Part shown: positions 55,144 to 63,223 of the stretch, piece after piece | Layout of the letters: each line of letters begins with the position of its first letter | Position numbering within the stretch: the stretch's first letter is position 1 | Virus record (IMG/VR): IMGVR_UViG_3300025986_000001 | Span: 1-64,000 of that record | Length of the DNA stretch: 64,000 bases | Reading direction: 5' to 3' (one strand) | Source: a virus | Lineage: Duplodnaviria; Caudoviricetes | Position numbers and translations under genes: made by a program | Notes under the pieces: model-generated | What the model saw: the letters and a program-made list of their open reading frames with translations, nothing else | The model's database searches: none | Told to the model about the DNA's origin: nothing

Positions 55144-55545
55144 CTAGCCGATCGCGTCCCGGACCGCCCGGGGCAGCGGGTCCAGCCAGATGTGCCGGTT
55201 GTGGTTCAGCCGGCGGTGCCCCTGGTGCGAGATCGGTTCCTGGTGATGCTCGTGCGAGACCACTTTGAACCCGGAACACAGCGCCGGCACGATCCCCGAT
55301 CCGTCCCACGAGCCGTTGTCGGCGACCCAGCGGATCCGATGCACCTTGTCCATGATCGTGTCTAGCAGGCTGGAGCCGCGCAACACCCGCACCGTCCAGA
55401 TGTCGGCGATCTGCTCGTCGTAGAAGCCGCCCAGGTAGACGGCGATCGACGCGCCTCCGGCCTCCGGCCGGACCCACGCGGCCGCGGACCCGTAGTCGAG
55501 AACCCGGATCCAGTCACTGCTGCCCGGACTCCACCGCCCGCTCAT
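55144..55545 (-). CDS. hypothetical protein
   Basis: ATGA overlap. Confidence 0.5.
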   Translation of the reverse strand: MSGRWSPGSSDWIRVLDYGSAAAWVRPEAGGASIAVYLGGFYDEQIADIWTVRVLRGSSLLDTIMDKVHRIRWVADNGSWDGSGIVPALCSGFKVVSHEHHQEPISHQGHRRLNHNRHIWLDPLPRAVRDAIG

Positions 55546-55805
55546 CGGGCGTTCAGTTTCGCCAGGACCTGCTGGGCGCTCAGCGCCCGCACGTAGTACT
55601 CACGCACCGGTGCGACGCAGTTGTTGACGTAGCGCACCCAGACGATGCCGGTGTCGGAGAAGGAATGCTCGGCCGGCGGCTCGACCACCACGGCGAAGAC
55701 GAACGCCGAGCCCATCTGGACCTCAACGAACGTGCCGGCATCGGGAAGCCCACTCATCGGTTGCTCACCTGTGACCCTTTCTAGCACTTTTACCCGATAC
55801 CGCAC
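55542..55805 (-). CDS. hypothetical protein
   Basis: ORF track; start uncertain. Confidence 0.45.
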   Translation of the reverse strand: MRYRVKVLERVTGEQPMSGLPDAGTFVEVQMGSAFVFAVVVEPPAEHSFSDTGIVWVRYVNNCVAPVREYYVRALSAQQVLAKLNAR

Positions 55806-56086
55806 GGACCGATAAACCCATCCTGCAATCGGGCCGCAGCCGCATCGTCGCGCGCCGCGGACAACTCGTCACCGTCGGCCTCGTCGAGCAGCATGTGGAC
55901 CATCTGGTCGCAGGGCGGCCGCTCGACGCCACGGACCAGGTACCACGACCACACCAGGGCCGGGTCCTGGAAGAAGTCGCCGGCCTGCACGTCGGCGGCG
56001 ATCACCGGATTGTCGAAGCCGATGACGTTCAACCCCTGCTCGGGGTGGAACCGCGCGCAGTCGTCGTCAGCATGATGGGTGCTCAT
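55790..56086 (-). CDS. hypothetical protein
   Basis: MSTHHADD; ATGA overlap. Confidence 0.5.
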   Translation of the reverse strand: MSTHHADDDCARFHPEQGLNVIGFDNPVIAADVQAGDFFQDPALVWSWYLVRGVERPPCDQMVHMLLDEADGDELSAARDDAAAARLQDGFIGPCGIG

Positions 56087-56634
56087 CGGCTGCCCACCCG
56101 CCCGTCCCACTCGATGTCGGCGGCCGTGAACTGCTCGGCCCACTTGCGCACCCCGGCCGTGGTGGGTTCCGGGTCGTAATTCTTCTCGAAATCGTCGGCC
56201 CACCACTCGTTACGGTCCAGGTCGTAAGGGTCGGCGAGGATCAGGTACTCGATCTGCTGCTCGACGACCTGCGCCACGGTGTCACCGGTGACCTCCACGC
56301 CCTCGGCGATGCCGTACCAGGAGTACGTGACCACCGCCCAGGTGCCGTCCGGCAGCACCTGCATGAACCGCCGGCCGTACGCCTCGGTCACCTGCACGTC
56401 GCCGCCGCAGGTGCCGTGCGGTTGCGCACCGACCGGCGCCACCTCCCGCCACCGGCCGTCGGCCAGCGTGACCGCTGGGTGCGCGCTCAACTGCGTCGAC
56501 TCCGCCGGTCGCTCATCGGCGAACCAGCGGCCCCGGCCGCCGTCGGCCAGCGTGACCGCGTGGATAATGCTGCCCGCCTCGACTGTGCCGTAGAAGACCT
56601 CGGCCTTCGGGTCGGTGATTACCCAGGTATCCAT
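56083..56634 (-). CDS. acidic hypothetical protein
   Basis: SD at hairpin foot; internal AVTLADG repeat. Confidence 0.6.
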   Translation of the reverse strand: MDTWVITDPKAEVFYGTVEAGSIIHAVTLADGGRGRWFADERPAESTQLSAHPAVTLADGRWREVAPVGAQPHGTCGGDVQVTEAYGRRFMQVLPDGTWAVVTYSWYGIAEGVEVTGDTVAQVVEQQIEYLILADPYDLDRNEWWADDFEKNYDPEPTTAGVRKWAEQFTAADIEWDGRVGSR

Positions 56635-56649
56635 GTCCCATCCTTCTCT

Positions 56650-56715
56650 CCGTACGCTCCGTGCGCCGGTGGCTGCCCGCCCGGCCGAGCCGGGCGGGCA
56701 CCATCACGCTCACGG
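56650..56715 (-). repeat. intergenic hairpin element
   Basis: CCGTGAGCGTGATGGTG-CCCGCCCGGC TCG GCCGGGCGGG-CAGCCACCGGCGCACGGAGCGTACGG. Confidence 0.9.
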
Positions 56716-56717
56716 CG

Positions 56718-57056
56718 TCAGAAGATGTGCACCTTCTCGACTTTGCGCAGGTCCAGACGTAGGTAGCCGCCGTCAGCCGCGGATGTCTCCCAATCCACGG
56801 TTTCGCCGTGGATCGCGCCCAGCCCGACACCACGCACCCTGATCAGATCGCCCTCACCGGTACCGGGCTCGTCGGCGCGGTCCAGCAGCTCCACCACCCA
56901 GCCGCCCTGGGCGGCCTCATGCAGGATCTCCAGCGCCGCCTCGTCGGCCTCCGGCTGAATCAGCACCGTGTTGATGTCGACCTCACTGATGCCGGCGTTC
57001 TCCAGCAGCCGGTTCATCAGGTGCCCGGCGTCCGTCCCGAAACTCATGTACTGCAT
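56718..57056 (-). CDS. hypothetical protein (single-gene cassette)
   Basis: Flanked by two elements. Confidence 0.65.
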   Translation of the reverse strand: MQYMSFGTDAGHLMNRLLENAGISEVDINTVLIQPEADEAALEILHEAAQGGWVVELLDRADEPGTGEGDLIRVRGVGLGAIHGETVDWETSAADGGYLRLDLRKVEKVHIF

Positions 57057-57075
57057 GATCTTTTCTCCCTCATCT

Positions 57076-57146
57076 CCGTGCGCCGCACTCGTGCGCCGGC
57101 GGCCACGACCGAAGAGTGCCTCTTCGGTCGCACCGTCACGCTCACG
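57076..57146 (-). repeat. intergenic hairpin element with unrelated apical stem
   Basis: CGTGAGCGTGACGGTG-CGACCGAAGAG GCA CTCTTCGGTCG-TGGCCGCCGGCGCACG. Confidence 0.9.
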
Positions 57147-57399
57147 AACGATGCTGCGCCAGTATCTGTCTGCCCAGCCTGGTCGGCTCGCACAGCCGGC
57201 TGGGCGGCACCCGCGACCAGCCGCTGACGTCGACCAGCCGGACGAGCTGCTTGGTGCGCAACAACTGCACCGCCATACTGACGTCCGGGCTGCCGGGCTG
57301 CAGCTTCTTGAACTTCCCCCGGGTGTGCAGGATCTTTCCCGCGGCCACCTCGCGCAGCAACTGCAGCTCCTCGGGTGTCAGTTCCCATTCGTCCGGCAT
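57142..57399 (-). CDS. small wHTH-like protein
   Basis: LTPEELQLL...EPTRLGRQIL; stop codon lies inside the element. Confidence 0.55.
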   Translation of the reverse strand: MPDEWELTPEELQLLREVAAGKILHTRGKFKKLQPGSPDVSMAVQLLRTKQLVRLVDVSGWSRVPPSRLCEPTRLGRQILAQHRS

Positions 57400-57409
57400 G
57401 TCCCCCCCC

Positions 57410-57652
57410 TCAGTGGTTGCAGACGTGCTGGCGATAGCGGGGCGCACCCGACGGGATGCCGGACGCGGCGTCGCCGTCATCGGCAACGCCGTACAGCGCC
57501 AGCACGAACTCACCGACGGGAATGTCCAGCGGATCCCCGCGCAGCACCAGCTCGCCATCGTCGCACGGCAGCGGGTCGATCCGGATCGGATTCCCGTCGA
57601 GCTCGTACACCAGAACGGACGGTTGTCCGCAGGTTACGCAGGTATCACTCAT
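57410..57652 (-). CDS. Zn-finger protein
   Basis: CVTCG...YRQHVC. Confidence 0.55.
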   Translation of the reverse strand: MSDTCVTCGQPSVLVYELDGNPIRIDPLPCDDGELVLRGDPLDIPVGEFVLALYGVADDGDAASGIPSGAPRYRQHVCNH

Positions 57653-57939
57653 CGGTCACCCCCGGCACTTTCCAGCGCCTGCGATTCACTGATCTCGGTG
57701 ATGTGTCGCGGAGACGCCCAGCCGCCGCCGGTCAGGAACAGCCACCTGCCCCAGCCGGCGTAGCGCGTGCCGATCTCGTACTTCGAGCGCAAGAGGTCCG
57801 TGCCCGTGATCCGGGCGACGTACGGCGGTTTCGGCTTGCGATAGGCGTTCGCCGACCAGGTCTTCGACTCGTCCACGATCACGTAGGTGCCCACGGCCAG
57901 CATCGGGCTGCCGTCACTCATCGTCTCCATGCTCACCAC
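57649..57939 (-). CDS. hypothetical protein
   Basis: Coupled ORF. Confidence 0.5.
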   Translation of the reverse strand: MVSMETMSDGSPMLAVGTYVIVDESKTWSANAYRKPKPPYVARITGTDLLRSKYEIGTRYAGWGRWLFLTGGGWASPRHITEISESQALESAGGDR

Positions 57940-58253
57940 GCCCGCCCGCGACCCATGATTCCCAGGACGATCATTCGCGCGTCGACCGTGGAGACGCCCA
58001 GGTGTTCGTTGACCTGATCGACGCGCACCTGCGCCTTGGTGTAAGCCGGGCCGAAGAACGCGGCCACCTCCCGGCGCGCCGACTCCGGGAACCGGTAGAA
58101 ACCGTTGTCGCCTTCGACGTTCATCACCGGCAGGTAGTTCTCGCCGTACAGCATCGTCGGATCGACATGCAGCACGACCCGGTTGTCGCCGTTGAACTGC
58201 GACAGCAGCCCGACGGCGGTCAGCAGCTCAACGGGGATCTGCTCGTTCATCAC
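57933..58253 (-). CDS. hypothetical protein
   Basis: SD at hairpin foot. Confidence 0.55.
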   Translation of the reverse strand: MMNEQIPVELLTAVGLLSQFNGDNRVVLHVDPTMLYGENYLPVMNVEGDNGFYRFPESARREVAAFFGPAYTKAQVRVDQVNEHLGVSTVDARMIVLGIMGRGRAW

Positions 58254-58265
58254 TCATCCTCATCT

Positions 58266-58332
58266 CCGCACGCACCGTGCGCCGGCGGCCACCGGCCGGA
58301 GCTCGCCCCGGCCGGCACCGTCACGCTCACGG
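58266..58332 (-). repeat. intergenic hairpin element
   Basis: Near-identical to the 59495 copy. Confidence 0.9.
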
Positions 58333-58333
58333 T

Positions 58334-58669
58334 TCAGTCGCCCCAGTTGATCGACCCGAGGGCCGTGATCTTCGCGATGTCGGCGTGGACGGTCACCGTC
58401 AGCTCCGATCCCGCGATTGCGCGATGTTTCTCTGGATCCTGCTGGACGGCCAGCAGCGCGCACCGGACACACTCCATCGCGTAGAAGCGCCCCATCCGGC
58501 GCTGGGAATTGTCCCCCAGATTCGGCGTGTCGTCGCTGCACTTGCCGGGCCATCCGCCGGTGTGCTCGGCGAACATCGACTCCAGCAGCCCGCGCTCCAG
58601 CGCCTGCGCCACCGTCATCGTCCACGCGATCCTCGCCCCGACGCCAGGGTGATCGACGTGCGCGCTCAT
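58334..58669 (-). CDS. hypothetical protein
   Basis: EH..CSD...C.RC.LL pattern; ATGA overlap. Confidence 0.55.
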   Translation of the reverse strand: MSAHVDHPGVGARIAWTMTVAQALERGLLESMFAEHTGGWPGKCSDDTPNLGDNSQRRMGRFYAMECVRCALLAVQQDPEKHRAIAGSELTVTVHADIAKITALGSINWGD

Positions 58670-59010
58670 CGCCGCACCACCGCGTACGCAACGCCAGGGT
58701 CATGCACCTGGTCGTCCCAGGCGTGATCACCCACGCCGGGCGTCGCTCCGACGATCACGCCGGTGCCGTCGGAGTTCAGCGGCCAGTCCTCGTGCGGGTT
58801 GCCGAACTCGCACTCGGTGGCCGCGTACTCCAGGTAGTCGACCGTCTCGGTGGCTTCCCCGATCGTCCACTCCGGGTGCCGCTCCTCCTGCTGCCAGCGG
58901 GCCAGCTTCAGCCATGCCCACGCCTGCCGGGCGTCGCCGAAGCTCGGTTCGTCGCCGCGCACAGCCGGCTGCGGCCGGTCGTTGGGGTAGACCAAGGCGA
59001 AGAACGTCAC
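58666..59010 (-). CDS. hypothetical protein
   Basis: GTGA overlap. Confidence 0.55.
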   Translation of the reverse strand: MTFFALVYPNDRPQPAVRGDEPSFGDARQAWAWLKLARWQQEERHPEWTIGEATETVDYLEYAATECEFGNPHEDWPLNSDGTGVIVGATPGVGDHAWDDQVHDPGVAYAVVRR

Positions 59011-59480
59011 TTGCTGATCCCCCTCAACGCGATCCACTCGGCCGCCGTCGCGTTCAACGCGTACGCATGCTTCCAGACCTCGGCCTCGCCGGGCGTGCCT
59101 ACGGAGTCCGGCCGTGCGGCCAGCATCCTGCGCGCCCAGTCCAGGTCTTTGTCGTCGGGTTCGGTGAGCACCAGGCTGTAGCAGATCTGCGCCCAGTCGA
59201 TGCTGTCCTCGTCGAGGGTGAAGTTCTGGAAGAGGCCGTAGACCGCGGCGGCGGCGCTGCCGGGACGGTTGTGCCAGTCGTCGGCCAGGATGTGCAGCAG
59301 CCGCAGCGCCAGCCGTTCCGGGCCGTTATGGACCGCGTAGTGCCGCGCCATCTTGATGTACTCGGCGTCGTTGTTGATCCACAGCCCGATCTGCATCGTC
59401 GCCGCGTTGTTGTAGCCGTCGAAATCGCCGGTCAGCTCCAGCGGCACACCGTCACAGCCGCCGCGAAGATTGATCTCCAT
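59007..59480 (-). CDS. conserved phage early protein
   Basis: GYNN.AT....LWINND..Y ... IDW.QI pattern. Confidence 0.6.
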   Translation of the reverse strand: MEINLRGGCDGVPLELTGDFDGYNNAATMQIGLWINNDAEYIKMARHYAVHNGPERLALRLLHILADDWHNRPGSAAAAVYGLFQNFTLDEDSIDWAQICYSLVLTEPDDKDLDWARRMLAARPDSVGTPGEAEVWKHAYALNATAAEWIALRGISK

Positions 59481-59494
59481 GGTTTTGCCTTTCC

Positions 59495-59560
59495 CCGCAC
59501 GCACCGTGCGCCGGCGGCCACCGGCCGGGGCTCGCCCCGGCCGGCACCGTCACGCTCACG
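59495..59560 (-). repeat. intergenic hairpin element
   Basis: CGTGAGCGTGACGGTG-CCGGCCGGGG CGAG CCCCGGCCGG-TGGCCGCCGGCGCACGGTGCGTGCGG. Confidence 0.9.
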
Positions 59561-59822
59561 CCGCCACTTGCACCATCACAAGATCTTTCTCGTGATACAG
59601 CAGGAAGGTAGGCCCTTCGACGGGGGACATCACCTCCACTCGGACTCCCCCGGCGTAACTGGCCGGCTTCGCGGGCTCCTCGACCAGGAATGGGTAGCGC
59701 CACAGGCGAATCTCGTCATTCTCGATCCTTCCCCACACCAGCATTCCGTCGATCAGATTCCTTGCCACCACCGCGATCAGCGGCGGTAGCCGATCGCCGG
59801 CCTTCTCGACCTGATCCATCAC
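59556..59822 (-). CDS. hypothetical protein
   Basis: Stop codon lies inside the element. Confidence 0.55.
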   Translation of the reverse strand: MMDQVEKAGDRLPPLIAVVARNLIDGMLVWGRIENDEIRLWRYPFLVEEPAKPASYAGGVRVEVMSPVEGPTFLLYHEKDLVMVQVAA

Positions 59823-60148
59823 GCCGCCCCATCGATGCGGTAGTAGGCGAACTCCTCGTGCCCGTCCGGGAACGTGACGGTCACCTTCGGGTGCGCGAAG
59901 TAGTTCTCGTCGTACTCGCGGGCACCCTCCACCCGGAAGGTGCAGTCGGCCAGCCTGCCGTTCGGGCCGATCGCCTGAACCTGATCGATCTCGATCTCGA
60001 CCCCGCCGTAGCTGCGCTGCTCCAGCAGCGTGGCCAGGCGGACTACCGTGTCGGTGTCCGGGATGACACGGCCGTCGTAGCGGACCACCATGACCAGTTC
60101 GGTCGGCCCGTCGACCGCCGGGTCGTACTCCCGCGCCGTCGCCTTCAC
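59819..60148 (-). CDS. hypothetical protein
   Basis: GAGGAG SD; GTG at 60148. Confidence 0.6.
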   Translation of the reverse strand: MKATAREYDPAVDGPTELVMVVRYDGRVIPDTDTVVRLATLLEQRSYGGVEIEIDQVQAIGPNGRLADCTFRVEGAREYDENYFAHPKVTVTFPDGHEEFAYYRIDGAA

Positions 60149-60163
60149 GATCTCCTCATCTCT

Positions 60164-60227
60164 CCGTACGCCTCGTGCGCCGGTGGCCGGCCGCCGGGCG
60201 AACCCGGCGGCCACCATCACGCTCACG
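60164..60227 (-). repeat. intergenic hairpin element (UUCG loop)
   Basis: CGTGAGCGTGATGGTG-GCCGCCGGG TTCG CCCGGCGGC-CGGCCACCGGCGCACGAGGCGTACGG. Confidence 0.9.
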
Positions 60228-60506
60228 ACTCGATTCGGGTCTCAGAGCTGCCAGTGGTGACGCTGCTGCGCCACCTGACGGTTGTAGGTCAAGCTTCCCG
60301 GCCGCAGGTAGTCAGCCTGCCGCCGCCTGCGGCCGATGTCTGCACTTCTGCGGGAATCGGCCACCCATATCAGCGGATACACGACCAGAATGTCGCGTAG
60401 CCGCAGCCTCCTGCGCATCCGCACCCTCCCGTTCCGCCCGGATCCGGAGCCCGAGCATGGATGCCGGTCGACCGGCGGCGGCGCATCGAGGACTTACAGG
60501 CGATCA

Positions 60507-60821
60507 TCATCGGTTCAGATACAGCTGCCCGTCCGCGGTGAACTCCCGCTCGTTGGCCAGCGCATCAGCTTCGGCCCGCTCTGGGCTGGTCAGATACGCC
60601 AGCCGGGCACGCCCGCACCCGCGCGCCACGTCGATGGCTGCCAGCACGGCGCTCCGGATGGCGGCGACCGCGGGCAGCAGTACCGGTGCGTCCTCGGTGG
60701 TCTCCGCCTCGACGGAGGTCTGCTTGTGCCACCGGCTGGCGTGCAGCTCCACTTCCGGCGGTAGCTCGTCGCCCAGCCGGTAGGTCCTGCTTTCCATCAT
60801 GCCCAGCCCCCTTTGTCTCAC
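60507..60821 (-). CDS. hypothetical protein
   Basis: Coupled ORF; start may be near 60800. Confidence 0.5.
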   Translation of the reverse strand: MRQRGLGMMESRTYRLGDELPPEVELHASRWHKQTSVEAETTEDAPVLLPAVAAIRSAVLAAIDVARGCGRARLAYLTSPERAEADALANEREFTADGQLYLNR

Positions 60822-61225
60822 CAGTCGCGGCGGATCCGGATCGTGCAGTTGTCGAGCACCACACCGGCCCAGTCGCCGCGCAGGTCGCCCGCGTAGCGTG
60901 TCCAGTCGACGTAGTCGCCGACGTTGTCCGGCCCGATGCCGTGCTCCTGCTCGGCCTCGTAGCGGACGAACCGCTCGAAGTTGTCCTCGGCCACGAAGGT
61001 CAGACTGTCGTCGCAGCAGTCGAACCCCCGGTTCACATCGGCGACGAACGCGCGCAGCAGGCGCAGCTCCAGTGCCAGGTCGGCCTCCAGGTCACGGCCG
61101 TCGGCCTCGTACTCGTCGCGCCGCTCCAGCAGTTCGTCGATGCGCTCCAGCAGTTCGTCGATCTTCAGACGCCCCGTGTCCTCGTCGGCGTAGCTGTCGA
61201 GGTCGACCGTCGTCGTCATCGGCAT
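60818..61225 (-). CDS. ArdA-like acidic anti-restriction protein
   Basis: FERFVRYEAE...DYVDWTRYAGDLRGDW; very acidic. Confidence 0.55.
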   Translation of the reverse strand: MPMTTTVDLDSYADEDTGRLKIDELLERIDELLERRDEYEADGRDLEADLALELRLLRAFVADVNRGFDCCDDSLTFVAEDNFERFVRYEAEQEHGIGPDNVGDYVDWTRYAGDLRGDWAGVVLDNCTIRIRRDW

Positions 61226-61242
61226 GGTCTTGACTCCGTTCC

Positions 61243-61308
61243 CCGTACGCACCGTGCGCCGGTGGCCGGCCGCCGGGGCGAACCCGGCGGCCACCATCAC
61301 ACTCACGG
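61243..61308 (-). repeat. intergenic hairpin element (UUCG loop)
   Basis: Closest to the 60164 copy. Confidence 0.9.
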
Positions 61309-61311
61309 AAC

Positions 61312-61470
61312 TCAGTACTCCAGCTCGGCCAGCACGGCGCCGTCGGCCAGGATCTGACGGGTGCATTCCTCGCAGGTCACCTTGCTGGTATCCCGGCTGG
61401 ACGGACCAGCCTGGGCGCACCAGTTCCCGTGGTCCTCGGGCCGCTTGAAGTGCACATCGGCTGCGCTCAC
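61312..61470 (-). CDS. small Zn-finger protein (52 aa)
   Basis: Own translation: VHF...WC...VTCEEC; GTGA overlap. Confidence 0.5.
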   Translation of the reverse strand: MSAADVHFKRPEDHGNWCAQAGPSSRDTSKVTCEECTRQILADGAVLAELEY

Positions 61471-61649
61471 CCGATCGCCACCGCCTCACTCTCGTCGGTG
61501 CCTTCGACGGCGAAGACATACCCGCCGCCGCTGGCGTCACTGTCCGCGCCGTTGATGTTGCCACTTTCGAAGCTGCGCCGGATCTCGTCCAGCGCGCACT
61601 CCAGGTCCAGTATCGTGCGGCCCTCGATCCGTACCCGCATGTTCAGCAT
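61467..61649 (-). CDS. small acidic protein
   Basis: AGGAG SD. Confidence 0.55.
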   Translation of the reverse strand: MLNMRVRIEGRTILDLECALDEIRRSFESGNINGADSDASGGGYVFAVEGTDESEAVAIG

Positions 61650-61668
61650 GATCTTCTCCTGGTTCCCA

Positions 61669-61730
61669 GCGCCTCGTGCGCCGGCGGCAGCTCGCCCGAC
61701 CGTAGCCGGGCAAGCACCGTCGGCGCACGA
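61669..61730 (-). repeat. divergent hairpin element (cUACGg loop)
   Basis: TCGTGCGCCGACGGTG-CTTGCCCGGC TACG GTCGGGCGAG-CTGCCGCCGGCGCACGAGGCGC. Confidence 0.8.
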
Positions 61731-61731
61731 C

Positions 61732-62124
61732 TCAGGCCCGAACCCAGACCAGGTCGTCGCCGAAGTCGAGTCGGCGGTAGTCCGCCTTCAGGCTGTCCGC
61801 GAACTTGTCCCACTTGACGAACGGAACCAGGAAGTTGATGTCGGCCAGCGCCGCCTCCTCGGCGTATTCACGGGCGTAGTCCTCGAACTGCTCGTCCGGC
61901 ACGATCGTGGCCGTGTCGAAGTCGGCGCCGGTGGCCTGCTCGACCTCGGCGCGGAACGCGATCAGCTCGTCATACTCCTGAACGTCCTCGTCGAACGGTT
62001 CGTCACCGTCCTGCTGGGCTTCCCGGATCGTTTTCTTCAGGTACTCGATCCGCTCGTTGACGTCGGCCGGGAAGATCCCGGTCTGGCCGGTGGTGGTGAA
62101 GTCGTCGGCGGCGATGTACGCCAT
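61732..62124 (-). CDS. ArdA-like acidic anti-restriction protein
   Basis: FEDYAREYAEE...FVKWDKFADSLKADY..LDFG. Confidence 0.6.
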   Translation of the reverse strand: MAYIAADDFTTTGQTGIFPADVNERIEYLKKTIREAQQDGDEPFDEDVQEYDELIAFRAEVEQATGADFDTATIVPDEQFEDYAREYAEEAALADINFLVPFVKWDKFADSLKADYRRLDFGDDLVWVRA

Positions 62125-62224
62125 GATGATCTCGCTTTCAGGTGGGGTTGTTGCCCTGCTCAAGGCAACGTATCAGTCAGGTACGACAGCCTGGCACGCC
62201 GGGCTAGACACTATCGGGGCGGGC

Positions 62225-62434
62225 TTAGTTGCTCCAGGCCCGTTCGTAGCCGAACAGCTTGGCAACGCGGTCGGCCTGAGCAACGAGAATCTCGTGGAAC
62301 TGCTCATCGGTCAGGCCGAGTTCCTCGGCAACGCGGCCGTCCTGCTCCGACCAGTAGCCGAGCACGTTGCCCAAGCCGTGCATGAGCATCTCCTGCGCTT
62401 TCTGTTTCGCCTCGACCTTAGCCATCGAGGCCAC
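62225..62434 (-). CDS. small hypothetical protein
   Basis: QADRVAKLFGY; overlaps the upstream stop. Confidence 0.55.
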   Translation of the reverse strand: MASMAKVEAKQKAQEMLMHGLGNVLGYWSEQDGRVAEELGLTDEQFHEILVAQADRVAKLFGYERAWSN

Positions 62435-62804
62435 CCAGAAGCTCTCGGAGGGCGGCAGTGTTTTCCTGGCACTGGTCGAACAGATCCGGCAGCACCGCAG
62501 TGGCTAGGTAGCGAGCCTCAGTGTCCGGCTCATTCAGACCTGACTCGACCGCCCATAGCTCGGTTGTGGCGTTGCTTTGGTTGTTGCCCACGGTCATCCG
62601 CAGGCCGATGTAACGCCAGTCGCGCGCCTCGAACCCGGCGATGTCCGCCGGCCCGTAGCAGTCGAAATCCCCCGGGACGGTTACGTGGTCGGGCAGCACT
62701 TCCAGGCCGATCGCGACGTTACCCACCTGCGCGGTGAGCACCCGATGCCCGTCGACCACACCCCTGGCCAACTGGCTGAGTGCAGCCCCCAGTTTTTCAT
62801 TCAC
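62418..62804 (-). CDS. hypothetical protein
   Basis: DWRYIG...LWAVE; SD at hairpin foot. Confidence 0.6.
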   Translation of the reverse strand: MNEKLGAALSQLARGVVDGHRVLTAQVGNVAIGLEVLPDHVTVPGDFDCYGPADIAGFEARDWRYIGLRMTVGNNQSNATTELWAVESGLNEPDTEARYLATAVLPDLFDQCQENTAALRELLGGLDG

Positions 62805-62821
62805 GATGATCTCCCTATTCT

Positions 62822-62885
62822 CCGTGCGCACCGTGCGCCGGTGGCGTCCCGCCGGGCGTACCCGGCGAGCACCATCACGCTCACG
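62822..62885 (-). repeat. intergenic hairpin element (UACG loop)
   Basis: CGTGAGCGTGATGGTGCTCGCCGGG TACG CCCGGCGGGACGCCACCGGCGCACGGTGCGCACGG. Confidence 0.92.
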
Positions 62886-63141
62886 ACCTGCGCAGAGGTT
62901 CGATAAGCATCTGTCGCTCGTCGAACGACAGGACGCCGTCGCCGTGGTGCTTCTCCTGCATGTGCTGCACCCACCGGTAAATCAAGGCGTCGTGGGCCTC
63001 GGCCGATCCGTCGCGGCTGCGCTCCAGTTCCTGATGCTCCGAACACAGCAGGATCCAGATGTCCTGTCGGCTGTCGTAGTCCAGACAGCCGATCACATCA
63101 TCGTCCTCGACCTCTTCGGTCGGGTCGTACTCGATACCCAT
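62881..63141 (-). CDS. hypothetical protein (single-gene cassette)
   Basis: MGIEYDP; stop codon lies inside the element. Confidence 0.6.
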   Translation of the reverse strand: MGIEYDPTEEVEDDDVIGCLDYDSRQDIWILLCSEHQELERSRDGSAEAHDALIYRWVQHMQEKHHGDGVLSFDERQMLIEPLRRS

Positions 63142-63156
63142 TGCCTGTCCCTCTCC

Positions 63157-63221
63157 CCGTGCGCACCGTGCGCCGGTGGCGTCCCGCCGGGCGTACCCGG
63201 CGAGCACCATCACGCCCACGG
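63157..63221 (-). repeat. intergenic hairpin element (UACG loop)
   Basis: One substitution relative to the 62822 copy. Confidence 0.92.
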
Positions 63222-63223
63222 TC

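Noticed and set aside
56700-56715. K-turn / box C-D reading of GUGAUGG in the element
   Set aside because: No CUGA partner or tandem G-A pairs on the opposite arm.
59819-63219. ORF-track N-termini such as MSVMVAAG and MGVMVLAG (translated repeat)
   Set aside because: They come from GTG/ATG inside the element, the frame relative to the downstream gene is inconsistent among copies, and good SDs lie downstream.
56650-63221. Repeats as intrinsic terminators
   Set aside because: No U-tracts, no room for a promoter before the next SD (14-20 nt), and the primary sequence is conserved beyond what pairing requires. Weak termination is not strictly excluded.
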